A stretch of DNA of 64,000 bases from Terriglobia bacterium (GCA_965198225.1 CBDAOY010000005.1:847065-911064), one strand, 5' to 3'; positions 19,487-29,424 are shown, numbered from the stretch's first letter. Numbers and translations are program-made. Notes: generated from the letters alone by a model not told the origin.

Positions 19487-21653
19487 AATATCCTCCGGCG
19501 GAGGTTGGGCCGCGATCGACTACGCCATCCGGAAGGGCCTGGAGACGGGCGGCCTGTTCAAGTTCTACCGGCGTATGCGCACGCGTAACACCTGCAAGAC
19601 CTGTGCGCTCGGGATGGGTGGTCGGAGTGGCGGGATGGTGAACGAGTCGGGTGGGTTCCCGGAGGTGTGCAAGAAGTCTCTGCAGGCTCAGGCCGGCGAC
19701 ATGCAGGGGCCGATTACGGAGAGTCTGCTTCATGCCTACCCCTTTGCCCACCTGAAAACTCTCACTTCCGCTGAGCTCGACCGCCTGGGCCGAATCGCCT
19801 TTCCCATGATCGCCGAAGACGGCGACGCGCATTACCGGCGTATCAGCTGGGATGCCGCGTTGGACTTTGCGGCCGAGGCGTTTCGCGACGCATCACCCGA
19901 GGAGGTGTTCTTCTATTCCTCAGGCCGTTCGAGCAATGAGGCGGCCTTCCTGATGCAGGTCGTGGCACGCGCCTACGGCACGCCGAACATAAACAACTGC
20001 TCCTGCTACTGTCACAACGCCTCCGGAGTCGGCCTTTCTCGAGTCTACGGTTCGGGGACGGCGTCGGTCGTACTCGAAGACCTGGAAAAGGCGGATCTGG
20101 CATTGATCGCGGGCGCAAACCCGGCCAGCAATCACCCCAGGCTGATCAGCCAGCTGGTCCGACTGCGCCGGCGCGGCGGATGTGTGATCGTCGTCAACCC
20201 GCTTCGCGAGCTGGGGTTGACCCGTTTCCGCGTGCCGTCGGATTGGCGGAGCATGCTGTTCGGGTCGACGGTTTCGGATCTGTACCTGCAGCCCCACGTG
20301 GGTTCCGACGTCGCGCTTTTCAAAGCCCTGCTGAAGGGGATCCTCGAGCGCGGCGGGGTGGACGAGGACTACGTGCGTCACTACACGGGCGGATGGGACG
20401 CGGTAAAAGCTGACATCGAAGCGGAGTCCTGGGACGACCTGCTGTCTTCCTGCGGAGTCGGATCTGATCAGGTCGCGTCCGCCACCGAGATGCTCATCCG
20501 AGCCAGGCGCGGCGTTTTCTGCTGGGCGATGGGACTGACCCATCACGAGCACGGCGTCGACAACGTCCTTGCCCTGTCCAACATGGCCCTGGCCCGTGGC
20601 TGGCTGGGCCGGCCCGGAACCGGTCTGCTCCCGATTCGCGGCCACTCGAACGTCCAGGGCGTGGGTTCGGTCGGGGTCACCCCTGTACTGAAGAAGGCGT
20701 TCGCCGAGAGGCTCGAGAGACTTTACGGCATCGAACAGCGCGAAGGCGTCGGCATGGACACGTTCCGTTCCATGGAAGCGGCATCCGAAGGCCGAATCCG
20801 GGCGGCTTTCCTGCTCGGCGGGAACCTGTTTGCGAGCAACCCGGACCGTGACTGGGCTTCCGCGAGTCTGCGGAAGATTCCCACTTCCATCCATGTGTCG
20901 ACAAAGCTCAACGAAGGCCACGTCCACGGCCGTGGGAGCCGCACGATGATCCTGCCGGCGCTTGCGCGTGATGAGGAGTTGCAGGCGACGACACAGGAGT
21001 CGATGTTCAACTTTGTGCGCCTGTCGGCCGGTGGTGTTCAGGCCGCGGGAAGCGAGATGCGCTCCGAGGTCGAAATCATCGCATCCCTGGCGGAGCGTAT
21101 TCTCCCGGAAGACCGGTTCGATTGGACCTCGTTGCGCTCGCATCGCGAACTGCGTACAGCCATCTCGGCGACCGTTCCCGGCTACGAAGCGATCGGCGAG
21201 ATCGACGGACGGGGCGGTGAATTCCAGATCAACGGCCGAACCTTCCACGAACCGACATTTTCGACTCCCGACGGCAAAGCCCATTTTCACGTGACACCGT
21301 TGCCGGATTTCAGTGCAGCTGAGGGCGAGTTCCGCTTGATGACACTGCGTTCGGAGGGGCAGTTCAACACCGTTGTCTACGAGGAAGAGGACCTGTACCG
21401 CGGAAATACGCGCCGCGACGTGGTCATGATGGCCGAGGCGGACGCGGGCCGGATGAACCTGGCCGAGGGCGATCGTGTGGCAGTCGTTACCGGAACAGGT
21501 CGTCTCGAAGTCGTGGTCGCAATCGTCGACATCCGGGCCGGCAACCTTGCCATGTACTACCCCGAAGCCAATGTGCTCGTGCCAAGGCGCGTCGACAAGC
21601 TTTCTGGAACACCTGCCTTCAAGTCGGTCCGGGCTCGAATCGAGCGATGTTAG
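19473..21653 (+). CDS. FdhF/YdeP family molybdopterin oxidoreductase
   Basis: GGGW, CKTCALGMGG, EVCKK, YSSGRSSNE, NNCS..CH, PIRGHSNVQG, TLRSEGQFNT. Confidence 0.92.
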   Translation: MAKPRISSGGGWAAIDYAIRKGLETGGLFKFYRRMRTRNTCKTCALGMGGRSGGMVNESGGFPEVCKKSLQAQAGDMQGPITESLLHAYPFAHLKTLTSAELDRLGRIAFPMIAEDGDAHYRRISWDAALDFAAEAFRDASPEEVFFYSSGRSSNEAAFLMQVVARAYGTPNINNCSCYCHNASGVGLSRVYGSGTASVVLEDLEKADLALIAGANPASNHPRLISQLVRLRRRGGCVIVVNPLRELGLTRFRVPSDWRSMLFGSTVSDLYLQPHVGSDVALFKALLKGILERGGVDEDYVRHYTGGWDAVKADIEAESWDDLLSSCGVGSDQVASATEMLIRARRGVFCWAMGLTHHEHGVDNVLALSNMALARGWLGRPGTGLLPIRGHSNVQGVGSVGVTPVLKKAFAERLERLYGIEQREGVGMDTFRSMEAASEGRIRAAFLLGGNLFASNPDRDWASASLRKIPTSIHVSTKLNEGHVHGRGSRTMILPALARDEELQATTQESMFNFVRLSAGGVQAAGSEMRSEVEIIASLAERILPEDRFDWTSLRSHRELRTAISATVPGYEAIGEIDGRGGEFQINGRTFHEPTFSTPDGKAHFHVTPLPDFSAAEGEFRLMTLRSEGQFNTVVYEEEDLYRGNTRRDVVMMAEADAGRMNLAEGDRVAVVTGTGRLEVVVAIVDIRAGNLAMYYPEANVLVPRRVDKLSGTPAFKSVRARIERC

Positions 21654-21656
21654 CTG

Positions 21657-21925
21657 TGTAGGTGCGGTCTATGACCGCACATTCTTCGAACCGAAACACG
21701 TGCGCTCATACAAGCTGTGAACGAATGCCATTTGTTTGAGAATCGGGTGGCGGGGCTTTTCATGAAGAACCTGCGATCCTCAAGTGTAGGTGCGCTCTAT
21801 GAGCGCACAAATGCCCGCGGGACCACAAGTTGTGCGGTCATAGACCGCACCTACACTTGAAAAGCCCCGCCACCCGTTTTTCCGTTCCCATAATTCGTTC
21901 ACAGCTTCATAGAGCGCACCTACAC
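21657..21925. repeat. nested REP / MITE-like / REP structure
   Basis: REP doublet whose right unit is split by a 198-bp element (21711-21908), which itself contains a REP doublet. Confidence 0.8.
21711..21908. mobile_element. MITE-like element
   Basis: TIRs AAGCTGTGAACGAAT / ATTCGTTCACAGCTT, inner IRs CGGGTGGCGGGGCTTTTCA / TGAAAAGCCCCGCCACCCG, flanking ATA (or CATA) duplication. Confidence 0.7.
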
Positions 21926-21953
21926 CTGATCCAAGAGCTTTGCTTGCATCCGG

Positions 21954-22558
21954 CTAGCGTGGTGGATCTCGAAGCTCTGTGATTTGACGCGCCCTGGTTT
22001 CGAGCGCGACGGATCTTTCCTGGACCTCTTGAAGCAAGATGAAGGCGTCCCGGTAGTTTCCGCCTTCGAAAGTTTCCCGAGCCAGGGTGAGCGTCGCGAA
22101 GATGCCGGCGAGTTCATCGTCGAGTGTCTGTAGATCCCGTCTCGTCACCGGGCCGGCCCGCGCCCTCTCAAGGGTCTCGACGGCGACTTGAAACAGGCGC
22201 TCGGCTTCGGGCACCGCGTTCTGGGCCTGCCGAAATACACGGTCCCTGTTCTCCATGGCGAGCACCGCGGCTTGACCGGCCTGCTCGTACGCTCGTACGC
22301 CAGGTCGAGGAGATCGACCGCAGCTCTGTAGTCCCGACGCCAGGGCGGCTCGGCTTCCTGTTCCTCGATCGCCATCGCTCCACTTTCGAGATTCATCAAG
22401 GCGAAGTCGTATTCGTCGGCAGCGTAGATGTCCGCTTCGGCATCCAACGCCTGGGCCAGGGCCTCTTCGACCTGTTGTAGCTCCAATACCGGCTTTTCAG
22501 CGCATCCCGCCAGCAGGCAGAGTCCAAAGACCAGGATTGGTTTGCGACCACTTCTCAT
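21954..22558 (-). pseudogene. helical lipoprotein (DUF4398-like), frameshifted
   Basis: Lipobox LLAGC. Removing one copy of the tandem GCTCGTAC (22283-22298) joins the two ORFs as LAYEQAGQAAVLAMENR. Confidence 0.7.
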
Positions 22559-22657
22559 GTCGCTTCCTCTATATGGCGAACGCTCCTCCGGAGTCAACCT
22601 ATCTGGAACGGTAGCGAGGAGAGGCGGTGGCCCGGGAAAAGGGTGGGTGGCGGTCTT

Positions 22658-23572
22658 CTACGCCCGCTTCAAGACGACGAGGCTCACGTCGTCCGACGGT
22701 TTGCCGAAGCTCATCATGTCTTCCGTGATCGCATCGTAGATTTGGCGGGCCGATCGATCCTTAGCGTCGCGAAGGGTCCGCTCGAGATGATGGGGGAAGT
22801 AGCCTTCCGTACCGTTGGTATGTTCAGCCAGACCGTCTGTGTAAAGCAGCAGGATGTCGCCCTCTCCCATCAGTTTCCACTCGTTGAGCTGATACTGGTC
22901 CTTGAAACCGAGAACGCTCCCCCTCGTCCCACTATCGATCAACCCCTGAGACGGGAGCGTTCCGATGGGTGGAAACGTCACGGCCAGGTCCTCATGAACT
23001 TCCATAAACCGGTCCTGCTCGCTCGAGAACACGACAGGGTGCGGATGGGCCGCGGTCAGAAATCGGAAGGTGAAGTCTTCGGAAATCTCGCCGTAGATCA
23101 TCGTGACGAACTTTCTCACGCTGGAGGAATCGTAGAATCTCGTGTTCAGGTTCTCGAAGAGGTGCTTCGTGATGTGACCGAACATGTCGAGCTCATAGAT
23201 CGCACCCAACAGGAAGGCCTGGTGCATCATGGCCGCCAGAAGCGCGTCGGTGGCCCTGTGGCCGGCGACGTCGATGAGTGCGATCCCGGCCATCCTGCGG
23301 CAGCGTTCGAGGTGTGCCACGACGTCGCTTCTTCCGTCTGCCGCAGCCTGCCGGATGCGGGCTTCCATGTCGTAGCGCTGTTTGAAATCGACGTAAATGA
23401 TGTGGTCGCCACCGACCACTCCATTCAGAGGGATCGTGTCGCCGAAGACGTCGATTCCGGCCAGCCTCGGAATCTCACCCGGCAGCGGCGTGATGTTTCC
23501 GGCGATGTCCTGGAAATTATCCAGCTCGCTTCGAAGCTGGTGGAGGGAAGTCTTGCTGTCGGATTCGGACAT
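22658..23572 (-). CDS. PP2C/SpoIIE family phosphatase
   Basis: VGGD, DVAGH, AAHPHP, LYTDGL, DDVSLVV. Confidence 0.9.
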   Translation of the reverse strand: MSESDSKTSLHQLRSELDNFQDIAGNITPLPGEIPRLAGIDVFGDTIPLNGVVGGDHIIYVDFKQRYDMEARIRQAAADGRSDVVAHLERCRRMAGIALIDVAGHRATDALLAAMMHQAFLLGAIYELDMFGHITKHLFENLNTRFYDSSSVRKFVTMIYGEISEDFTFRFLTAAHPHPVVFSSEQDRFMEVHEDLAVTFPPIGTLPSQGLIDSGTRGSVLGFKDQYQLNEWKLMGEGDILLLYTDGLAEHTNGTEGYFPHHLERTLRDAKDRSARQIYDAITEDMMSFGKPSDDVSLVVLKRA

Positions 23573-23605
23573 AGCGTGTGAGATGCCGTGCAGGCCTGGG
23601 AGGCG

Positions 23606-23989
23606 TCAGTGTCGACCCTCGTGCGTCCACCGGGGGTCCTCAAAGCGCTGTATTTCGATCAGATATCCGTTGGGGTCCCGAAGGAGGCAGTGGTAGATCC
23701 GGTACTCCGCGTTATGGGACGGGGGCTTTTCGAATTCGACGCCCTGCTCCCGGATTTGCTCGTACCAGCCGTCCACGTCGTCGGTGACGAGCGTTATGAA
23801 GATGCCGTCCGGGTCTCGAACCTCGTCGCGCCGGCAGAACCCGATGAACGCGTTGCCGTTCGTGGAGTAGATCCGACACGATCCCTGGTCCAGCGCCAAC
23901 GGCAGGGCCAGGACGTTCTCGTAAAACGCGGCCGTCCGGGCAAGATCCGTCGTCGGGAAGAAGGTGATCTGGGACTGAATATCCCTCAT
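23606..23989 (-). CDS. VOC/glyoxalase family protein
   Basis: DL..TAAFYE.VL, RDPNGYLIEIQ. Confidence 0.88.
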   Translation of the reverse strand: MRDIQSQITFFPTTDLARTAAFYENVLALPLALDQGSCRIYSTNGNAFIGFCRRDEVRDPDGIFITLVTDDVDGWYEQIREQGVEFEKPPSHNAEYRIYHCLLRDPNGYLIEIQRFEDPRWTHEGRH

Positions 23990-24849
23990 CCGCCCGGAGG
24001 AACCTCGCCTTTGAATTCCAGGGTGATATCGACGATCGCAATTTCGACGCGTCGGTTCTTCGCGCGAGCCGCCGAGGTGGTTTCGGCAACCCGGGGGCTG
24101 GATTTGCCGTATCCCTTCGCGCTGATGATCGTTGGATCGATGCCCGCTTCGATCAGGTAGTCCGTGACGGCACGCGCGCGCTGCTCAGACAGATCCAGGT
24201 TGTAGACGTCCGAGCCTACATCATCGGTGTGGCCGTAGACGTAGATCGAATGGCCGGGTGACGTCAACAGGATGCCCGCGATGCGACTGAGTAACTCGCG
24301 GTTCTGCGGCCGCAGTTCGGCCCGATCGAAATCGAACTCGACGGCGTCGCTTCCCAGGTTCATCACCAGCCCCAGCGCCGTCCGCCTGGTCTCTGCGACC
24401 TCACTCAAAGCTTCATACAGACGGTCCAGTTCTCGCTGACGTTCCTCCCGGATCGTGGCTGCTTCCTGGCGCGCCAGTTCGGCATCCCGGTTTGCAGATT
24501 CGGCTTCGTCGCGGGCCGCGGCCGCTTCGTCCTCCGCCTCCCTACGGGCCCCGGCGGCTTCGTCCGCCCGGCGGGCGGACGCGCCGGCCCGCTCCAGTGC
24601 CGCCGAAGCGGCGGCGGCGGAATCCTGCGCCATCCCGGCAGCCGTCCTGCTCTCGAGCGCAACCGATTCGACGTGTTGGTTCAATGCCGCCATCTGCCGG
24701 CGCAATCCCCGTAACTCGTTGAGGGTCAGTGCGCCAGCTCCGATCGCAATTGTCGCCAGGGCGATGGCGAGGACGGTCCACCGTCGCGACGAAGCGGGAG
24801 CGGGACCCGGCGGTGGGCTGGGTTCGTTCGGCATCGGTGTTTTCTCCAC
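23986..24849 (-). CDS. OmpA family peptidoglycan-binding protein (TM, coiled coil, OmpA domain)
   Basis: FDFDRAEL, GHTDDVGSD.YNLDLSEQRA, GYGK, NRRVEI. Confidence 0.92.
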   Translation of the reverse strand: MEKTPMPNEPSPPPGPAPASSRRWTVLAIALATIAIGAGALTLNELRGLRRQMAALNQHVESVALESRTAAGMAQDSAAAASAALERAGASARRADEAAGARREAEDEAAAARDEAESANRDAELARQEAATIREERQRELDRLYEALSEVAETRRTALGLVMNLGSDAVEFDFDRAELRPQNRELLSRIAGILLTSPGHSIYVYGHTDDVGSDVYNLDLSEQRARAVTDYLIEAGIDPTIISAKGYGKSSPRVAETTSAARAKNRRVEIAIVDITLEFKGEVPPGG

Positions 24850-25019
24850 TAGTTCATTCTACCGAAAAAATATTCGAAATTTTCGGTTAGGCGATCAGCC
24901 GTCGGCTACCAGCTCAATCGGTTGGGACTATCGCCCCGTTTTCGAAACGAGATCGAGCGGGCGCCGACCGGCCAGGCCACTAGTTGACTCCCCGACGATG
25001 GCATGCCATCGTCGGGGCG

Positions 25020-26383
25020 ATGTCGATCGAGGTCAAACTGGACAGGGACCGAATGGAAGCGGTTGTCGAGGTGCAGCGACAGGAGGAAGAATCGATCGGT
25101 CTCGAGCTGATCAAACAGCTGCTGGACGAACCTGCCTGGACGAAGCCGGAGTCTGCCACGGCATCGATGAAGCCCTCTGCACCGAGTTCATCGACTCCGT
25201 CAGCAAGGCGCCGCCGGGTGGAAGGATTCGCCAGGCTGTCGCCCGGGGCACGGCCCCTGTAAAAGGAGATGACGGCAGCATCGAGATGACGGTCGAAACC
25301 GGGCGGGAAGAGGTCGGTGTCGCGCGGGAGTCGGGCAGCATCGACTTCCATGAACGCGGTTCATTCACGCCTATCGAAAAAGAGCAGTTGATCGCTCGTG
25401 TCGTCCCACCAACGGAGGGGACGCCTGGAAAGAACGTTCGAGGGGAGGAACTCCACGCGGAGCCCGGAACGAAGGCGAGCCTCAATACCGGATCCGGCAC
25501 GGCCATGGCAGCGGGAGGCACCGAACTGCGCGCAACTCGAGCAGGTGACCTGCGCTTTGTGGGAGATCGGATCGAAGTTTCGGAACTCATCCGAGTCTTG
25601 GGAAACCTCGATTACAAGATGGGGAGCATCGAATGTCAGGGCTCGGTAACCGTGGAAGGGGACGTCTTGCCCGGGTTCCACATACGGGCCGAGGGGGACG
25701 TGACGATCGGAGGTATCGTGGACTCCGCCGAAGTCAAAGCCGCCGGTAGCGTGACGGTCCGTCAGGGTGTCGTCCGTGGTAGCCGGATTTCGGCCGGAGG
25801 AGAACTAAGAGTTGGCTATGTAAGCGGATCCTACCTGGAGAGTGATGCCAAGGTCACGATCCAGAAGGAGGCGATGCACAGTACCGTGGTTTCCGGGGAT
25901 TCAATCGCGGTCCCAGGCTCCGGCCGTGCGGTCGGGGGCAGCCTGCAGGCAAAGAAAGGAATCGAGATCGGTGTTGCCGGACACGAAAACGGTGTTGCGA
26001 CTGTCCTGGCCGCCGGGGTGACCCCTCTGAAGGAATTGGAGGAAGCGAAACTCAAGGCTCGGATGAAGCGGACAGCAGCCGTCAAGGTCCAGATCGAGAA
26101 GATCAAGGATCTCGCCAAGCCGGATCAGCATGACCGCCTGGATCAGTTGGCTTCGAGCCACGAAACTACGGAGGAAAAGAGCGCTGAGGCATTGGCCGAA
26201 CTGGAAAAAAAGGAAAGCGATGGGCTGTCAGAGTGCCGGATAACCGTGAGCCGGGCCGTCCATTCGGGCGTGCGCGTTCGAATCGGTCCCGGCGAGCTGG
26301 CAATCGTAGAAGACCATCGAAGTGCGAAGTTTCAATATTACAAGGACGCGAGTGAGGTGATCGGAGTTTATTCGGGAGGCTAG
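25020..26383 (+). pseudogene. FapA/DUF342 family protein, frameshifted near 25130
   Basis: G..P.KGDDG, GTPGKNVRGE, G.LDYKMGSI...G.V.V.GDV..GF.I.A.GD. The N-terminus (MSIEVKLDRDRMEA) is in another frame and is rejoined by deleting 14 nt. Confidence 0.75.
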
Positions 26384-26385
26384 CA

Positions 26386-26754
26386 ATGACTGTTCGTGAT
26401 GCCATGAGCACCCAGGTGATTACCGTTCGAGAATCAGACTCGGCCTTGGATGGCTTGAAGCTACTCGTTACAAAAGGCATCAGCGGCGCCCCTGTCGTTG
26501 ATGAAGAATCTCGCATGGTCGGAGTCGTGACCGAATTCGACCTGCTGCTTGCGCTCGATCACGTCGGCGAACAAGTGCCGATCGCAAGGATCATGACCGA
26601 GGACGCGTCTTCGGTGAGTCCCGATACCAGCCTCGACGAGGCTCGGGAACTGATGATCGGTCACAATTGGCGCCGGCTGCCCGTCGTCGAGGACGACAAG
26701 ATCGTGGGTGTTCTGTCGCGCAGGGACATCCTTCGGGTGCGTTTCGGGCTCTGA
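26386..26754 (+). CDS. CBS domain pair protein
   Basis: V.DAMS, ISGAPVVD, GVVTEFDLL, RRLPVV, GVLSRRDIL. Confidence 0.93.
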   Translation: MTVRDAMSTQVITVRESDSALDGLKLLVTKGISGAPVVDEESRMVGVVTEFDLLLALDHVGEQVPIARIMTEDASSVSPDTSLDEARELMIGHNWRRLPVVEDDKIVGVLSRRDILRVRFGL

Positions 26755-26759
26755 CCTGA

Positions 26760-27034
26760 CCAGTGGCCTGTAACAGTGCTATCGGCACCATCGCCGATGG
26801 GTCTTGCGGGCGAGGTCGAGGAGGGAGACGGAAAGCGATGCTCTTTCATCGGTGACGGCTTCCGACAAAGAGATCGCCCGCAACCCCCATCGGCCCGAAG
26901 GGTTCGGCCCAACGGCGCCGTCTTCGGTGTTGTAACGCCCTCGCAATGAAACAGCATTGGCTCGAGCGTCACTCCTAGAATCCGACGCCGTTCCGCCGAA
27001 CGCTGGTACCGATAGCACTGTTACAGGCCACTAG
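26760..27034. mobile_element. MITE-like element A
   Basis: About 33-bp TIRs AGTGGCCTGTAACAGTGCTATCGG(C/T)ACCA; bounded by CCAG and CTAG; long internal hairpins; non-coding. Confidence 0.8.
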
Positions 27035-27202
27035 CCCGGATTATTCCTGGTTGTCGTCGCGAAGCGGTGGAGACGCCGTAGAGACAAGGCGCGCGAGGCC
27101 GGCGTGTCTGGATCCAATGCCGAGGCCGACCCGTTAGCCGAACGCCTTATCTGCGAGTGTATCCGCCGCTGCAGTAGACAATTCATGAATAATCCGGGCT
27201 AG
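27031..27202. mobile_element. MITE-like element B
   Basis: Perfect TIRs CTAGCCCGGATTATTC / GAATAATCCGGGCTAG; non-coding. Confidence 0.8.
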
Positions 27203-28739
27203 GAGTCTGCGCGGCAGAAGGACCGGAATTGGGCGGATAAAGATCGAAGATATGTCATGGCACGAACCTATCGGACTTATAGCCCAGAACAAACACTGCT
27301 GATGCCACCGTCGTTGAGAGATTGGTTGGCCGAAGATCACCTGTCGTACTTCATATCGGACGCGGTGGACGCGATGGATTTGAGCGCGTTCGAACAGCGG
27401 TATGGAACCGAGGGTCCGGGCAATCAGGCGTTTGATCCGCGGATGATGGTGAAGGTGCTGATTTATGGGTACGCGACCGGAGTGTTCTCGTCCAGGAAGA
27501 TCGCGGCGAAGTTGACCGACGACGTAGCGTTCCGGATGTTGGGAGCGGAGAACTTTCCGGCGCACCGAACGATCTCGGATTTTCGCAAACTGCATCTTGA
27601 GGAGTTCGGAAACCTGTTTGTGCAAGTGGTGATGATGGCGCGGGAAGCGGGACTGGTGAAGATGGGAACCGTGGCGGTGGACGGGACCAAGATGCGGGCG
27701 AATGCAAGCAAACGCAAAGCGATGAGCTACGAACGCATGAAAAAGCAGGAGACCGAATTGGGTGAACAGATTCGGGATCTGTTGAACCGGGCCGAGGCGA
27801 CCGATGAGGACGAAGACGAGCGATACGGCAAGGACCGGCGCGGAGACGAACTGCCCGACGGGTTGGCCACGCGCAAGAAGCGCCTGGCCACGATACAGGC
27901 GGCCATGAAGCGGCTCGAAGAACGTCAGATGGCCGCGGACAAGGAAGCGGGACGGAACACCAAAGATCACAAACCCGGATGCGGAAAGAAGCCATTCAAA
28001 CGTCCCATGGGGGAACCTAAACCCACGGCCCAGGACAACTTCACCGACCCGGAAAGCCGGATGATGAAGACCTCCACCGAAGGGTTCCAGCAATGCTACA
28101 ACGCGCAAGCGGTGGTGGATTCCCAGGCCCGGATCATCGTGGCAACAACGGTGACTGACAATGCATCGGATGTGGGGCAGTTGGAACCCACGCTGGATGC
28201 GTTGAGCGACAATCTGGGGGAGCGTCCCGACCGCGTGCTGGCCGATGCGGGATATCGATCCGAGTCAAATCTGGGGATGTTGGAACAACGTCAGATTGAC
28301 GGGTATGTTGCGATGGGTCGCGAGAAGGATCTCGCCCGTGCCCCACTCCCACCCAAAGACACCGCTGTTGGTCGGATGATGAGAAAGATGAAAACCAAGC
28401 GTGGGCGTGACCGCTACCGGGCCCGAAAGCACATTGGTGAGCCGCCCTTCGGGTGGATCAAGTCGGTGCTCGGATTCCGACAGTTCAGTCTACGCGGTTT
28501 GGACAAAGTGACCGGGGAGTGGAATCTGGTCACTCTGGCGGTGAACTTACGACGGATGAACGGGAAGATCGAATGGGCATAATCCGGAAAACCGCAACCC
28601 GGCAGACCCGATACACGGCCAATTACGGGTGTCCGTACAACTCTGAACTCGTCGTATCGGAAGAATCGGTCGATTCTCCTCCGAAGACCCTCTCAAATCC
28701 CAATCAGTCCGAGTTCTTTGCGCTCTGCCGCGCAGACTC
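27203..28739 (+). mobile_element. IS1182-family insertion sequence
   Basis: Perfect 16-bp TIR GAGTCTGCGCGGCAGA, CTAG target duplication (27199-27202 and 28740-28743), transposase inside. Confidence 0.92.
27257..28582 (+). CDS. IS1182 family transposase
   Basis: FDPRMMVKVLIYGY..G..SSRKI, P.HRTISDFR, VDGTK.RANAS, N.TDPESR.M, YNAQ, ADAGY, EPPFG.IK. Confidence 0.93.
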   Translation: MARTYRTYSPEQTLLMPPSLRDWLAEDHLSYFISDAVDAMDLSAFEQRYGTEGPGNQAFDPRMMVKVLIYGYATGVFSSRKIAAKLTDDVAFRMLGAENFPAHRTISDFRKLHLEEFGNLFVQVVMMAREAGLVKMGTVAVDGTKMRANASKRKAMSYERMKKQETELGEQIRDLLNRAEATDEDEDERYGKDRRGDELPDGLATRKKRLATIQAAMKRLEERQMAADKEAGRNTKDHKPGCGKKPFKRPMGEPKPTAQDNFTDPESRMMKTSTEGFQQCYNAQAVVDSQARIIVATTVTDNASDVGQLEPTLDALSDNLGERPDRVLADAGYRSESNLGMLEQRQIDGYVAMGREKDLARAPLPPKDTAVGRMMRKMKTKRGRDRYRARKHIGEPPFGWIKSVLGFRQFSLRGLDKVTGEWNLVTLAVNLRRMNGKIEWA

Positions 28740-28758
28740 CTAGCTTCGCTGTCGGGGC

Positions 28759-29424
28759 CTACCCCTCTCGGGAGCCCGTCGCGGATGCTGCGTTTTCGTC
28801 GAATTTCACGTTCCAATGGGCGCCGTTGCAGAACGGCTTGTTCTTGCTCGCCCCGCACCGGCACAGCGTCAGATGGTCGGTCGTCGCACCCTCGCCCAGC
28901 TCGACGCCGACAAGAGCGGCACCCCCCGTCACGACGTAGGGACCGTTCGGCACGAACGCGATACCGGGATCGCCACCATGGTCCCGGTGCTCTTCACCCT
29001 CGGTGGAGTAACTCAGCGCGCCTGAGGGACATCCGCGTATCGTCAGTATGATTTCATCGACGGGAGCTCCCTCCGGATCGACCCAGGGCTCTGTGCCCAG
29101 GCGGAAGACGGTCCCTAGACCCTCGGTGCATTTTGCCGCGTGCGCGCACACGCCGCGGTTGTCGTGAATCGTGATCCCCTTGCCCTCATAGTTGTCCCGC
29201 CTGTCGGCCATCCGGTCGGGTTCCTTGGCACTCGAGAATCCCACTCGCTTGTGGGAGCCATCGCAGAATGGCTTGTTGCCCGACGCGCCGCACCGGCACA
29301 GGGCAGCCCGATCGCCCAGTTCATGCACCTTGCCGTCGGAGAAACTTCGCAAGCTGCCGGCTCCTTCCACGATGTATGGTCCGTTCTCGGTCGGTTGAAT
29401 TCTCCTGCGATTCTCATTGCTCAT
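28759..29424 (-). CDS. CDGSH iron-sulfur protein with a central divergent 4Fe-4S domain
   Basis: LCRCGASGNKPFCDGSH, CAHAAKC..CPSGAL, second LCRCGASKNKPFCNGAH. Confidence 0.9.
   Translation of the reverse strand: MSNENRRRIQPTENGPYIVEGAGSLRSFSDGKVHELGDRAALCRCGASGNKPFCDGSHKRVGFSSAKEPDRMADRRDNYEGKGITIHDNRGVCAHAAKCTEGLGTVFRLGTEPWVDPEGAPVDEIILTIRGCPSGALSYSTEGEEHRDHGGDPGIAFVPNGPYVVTGGAALVGVELGEGATTDHLTLCRCGASKNKPFCNGAHWNVKFDENAASATGSREG

Noticed and set aside
24455-25019. N-terminal part of the 642-aa ORF
   Set aside because: Antisense to the OmpA gene and intergenic DNA; the real FapA-like start is at 25020.
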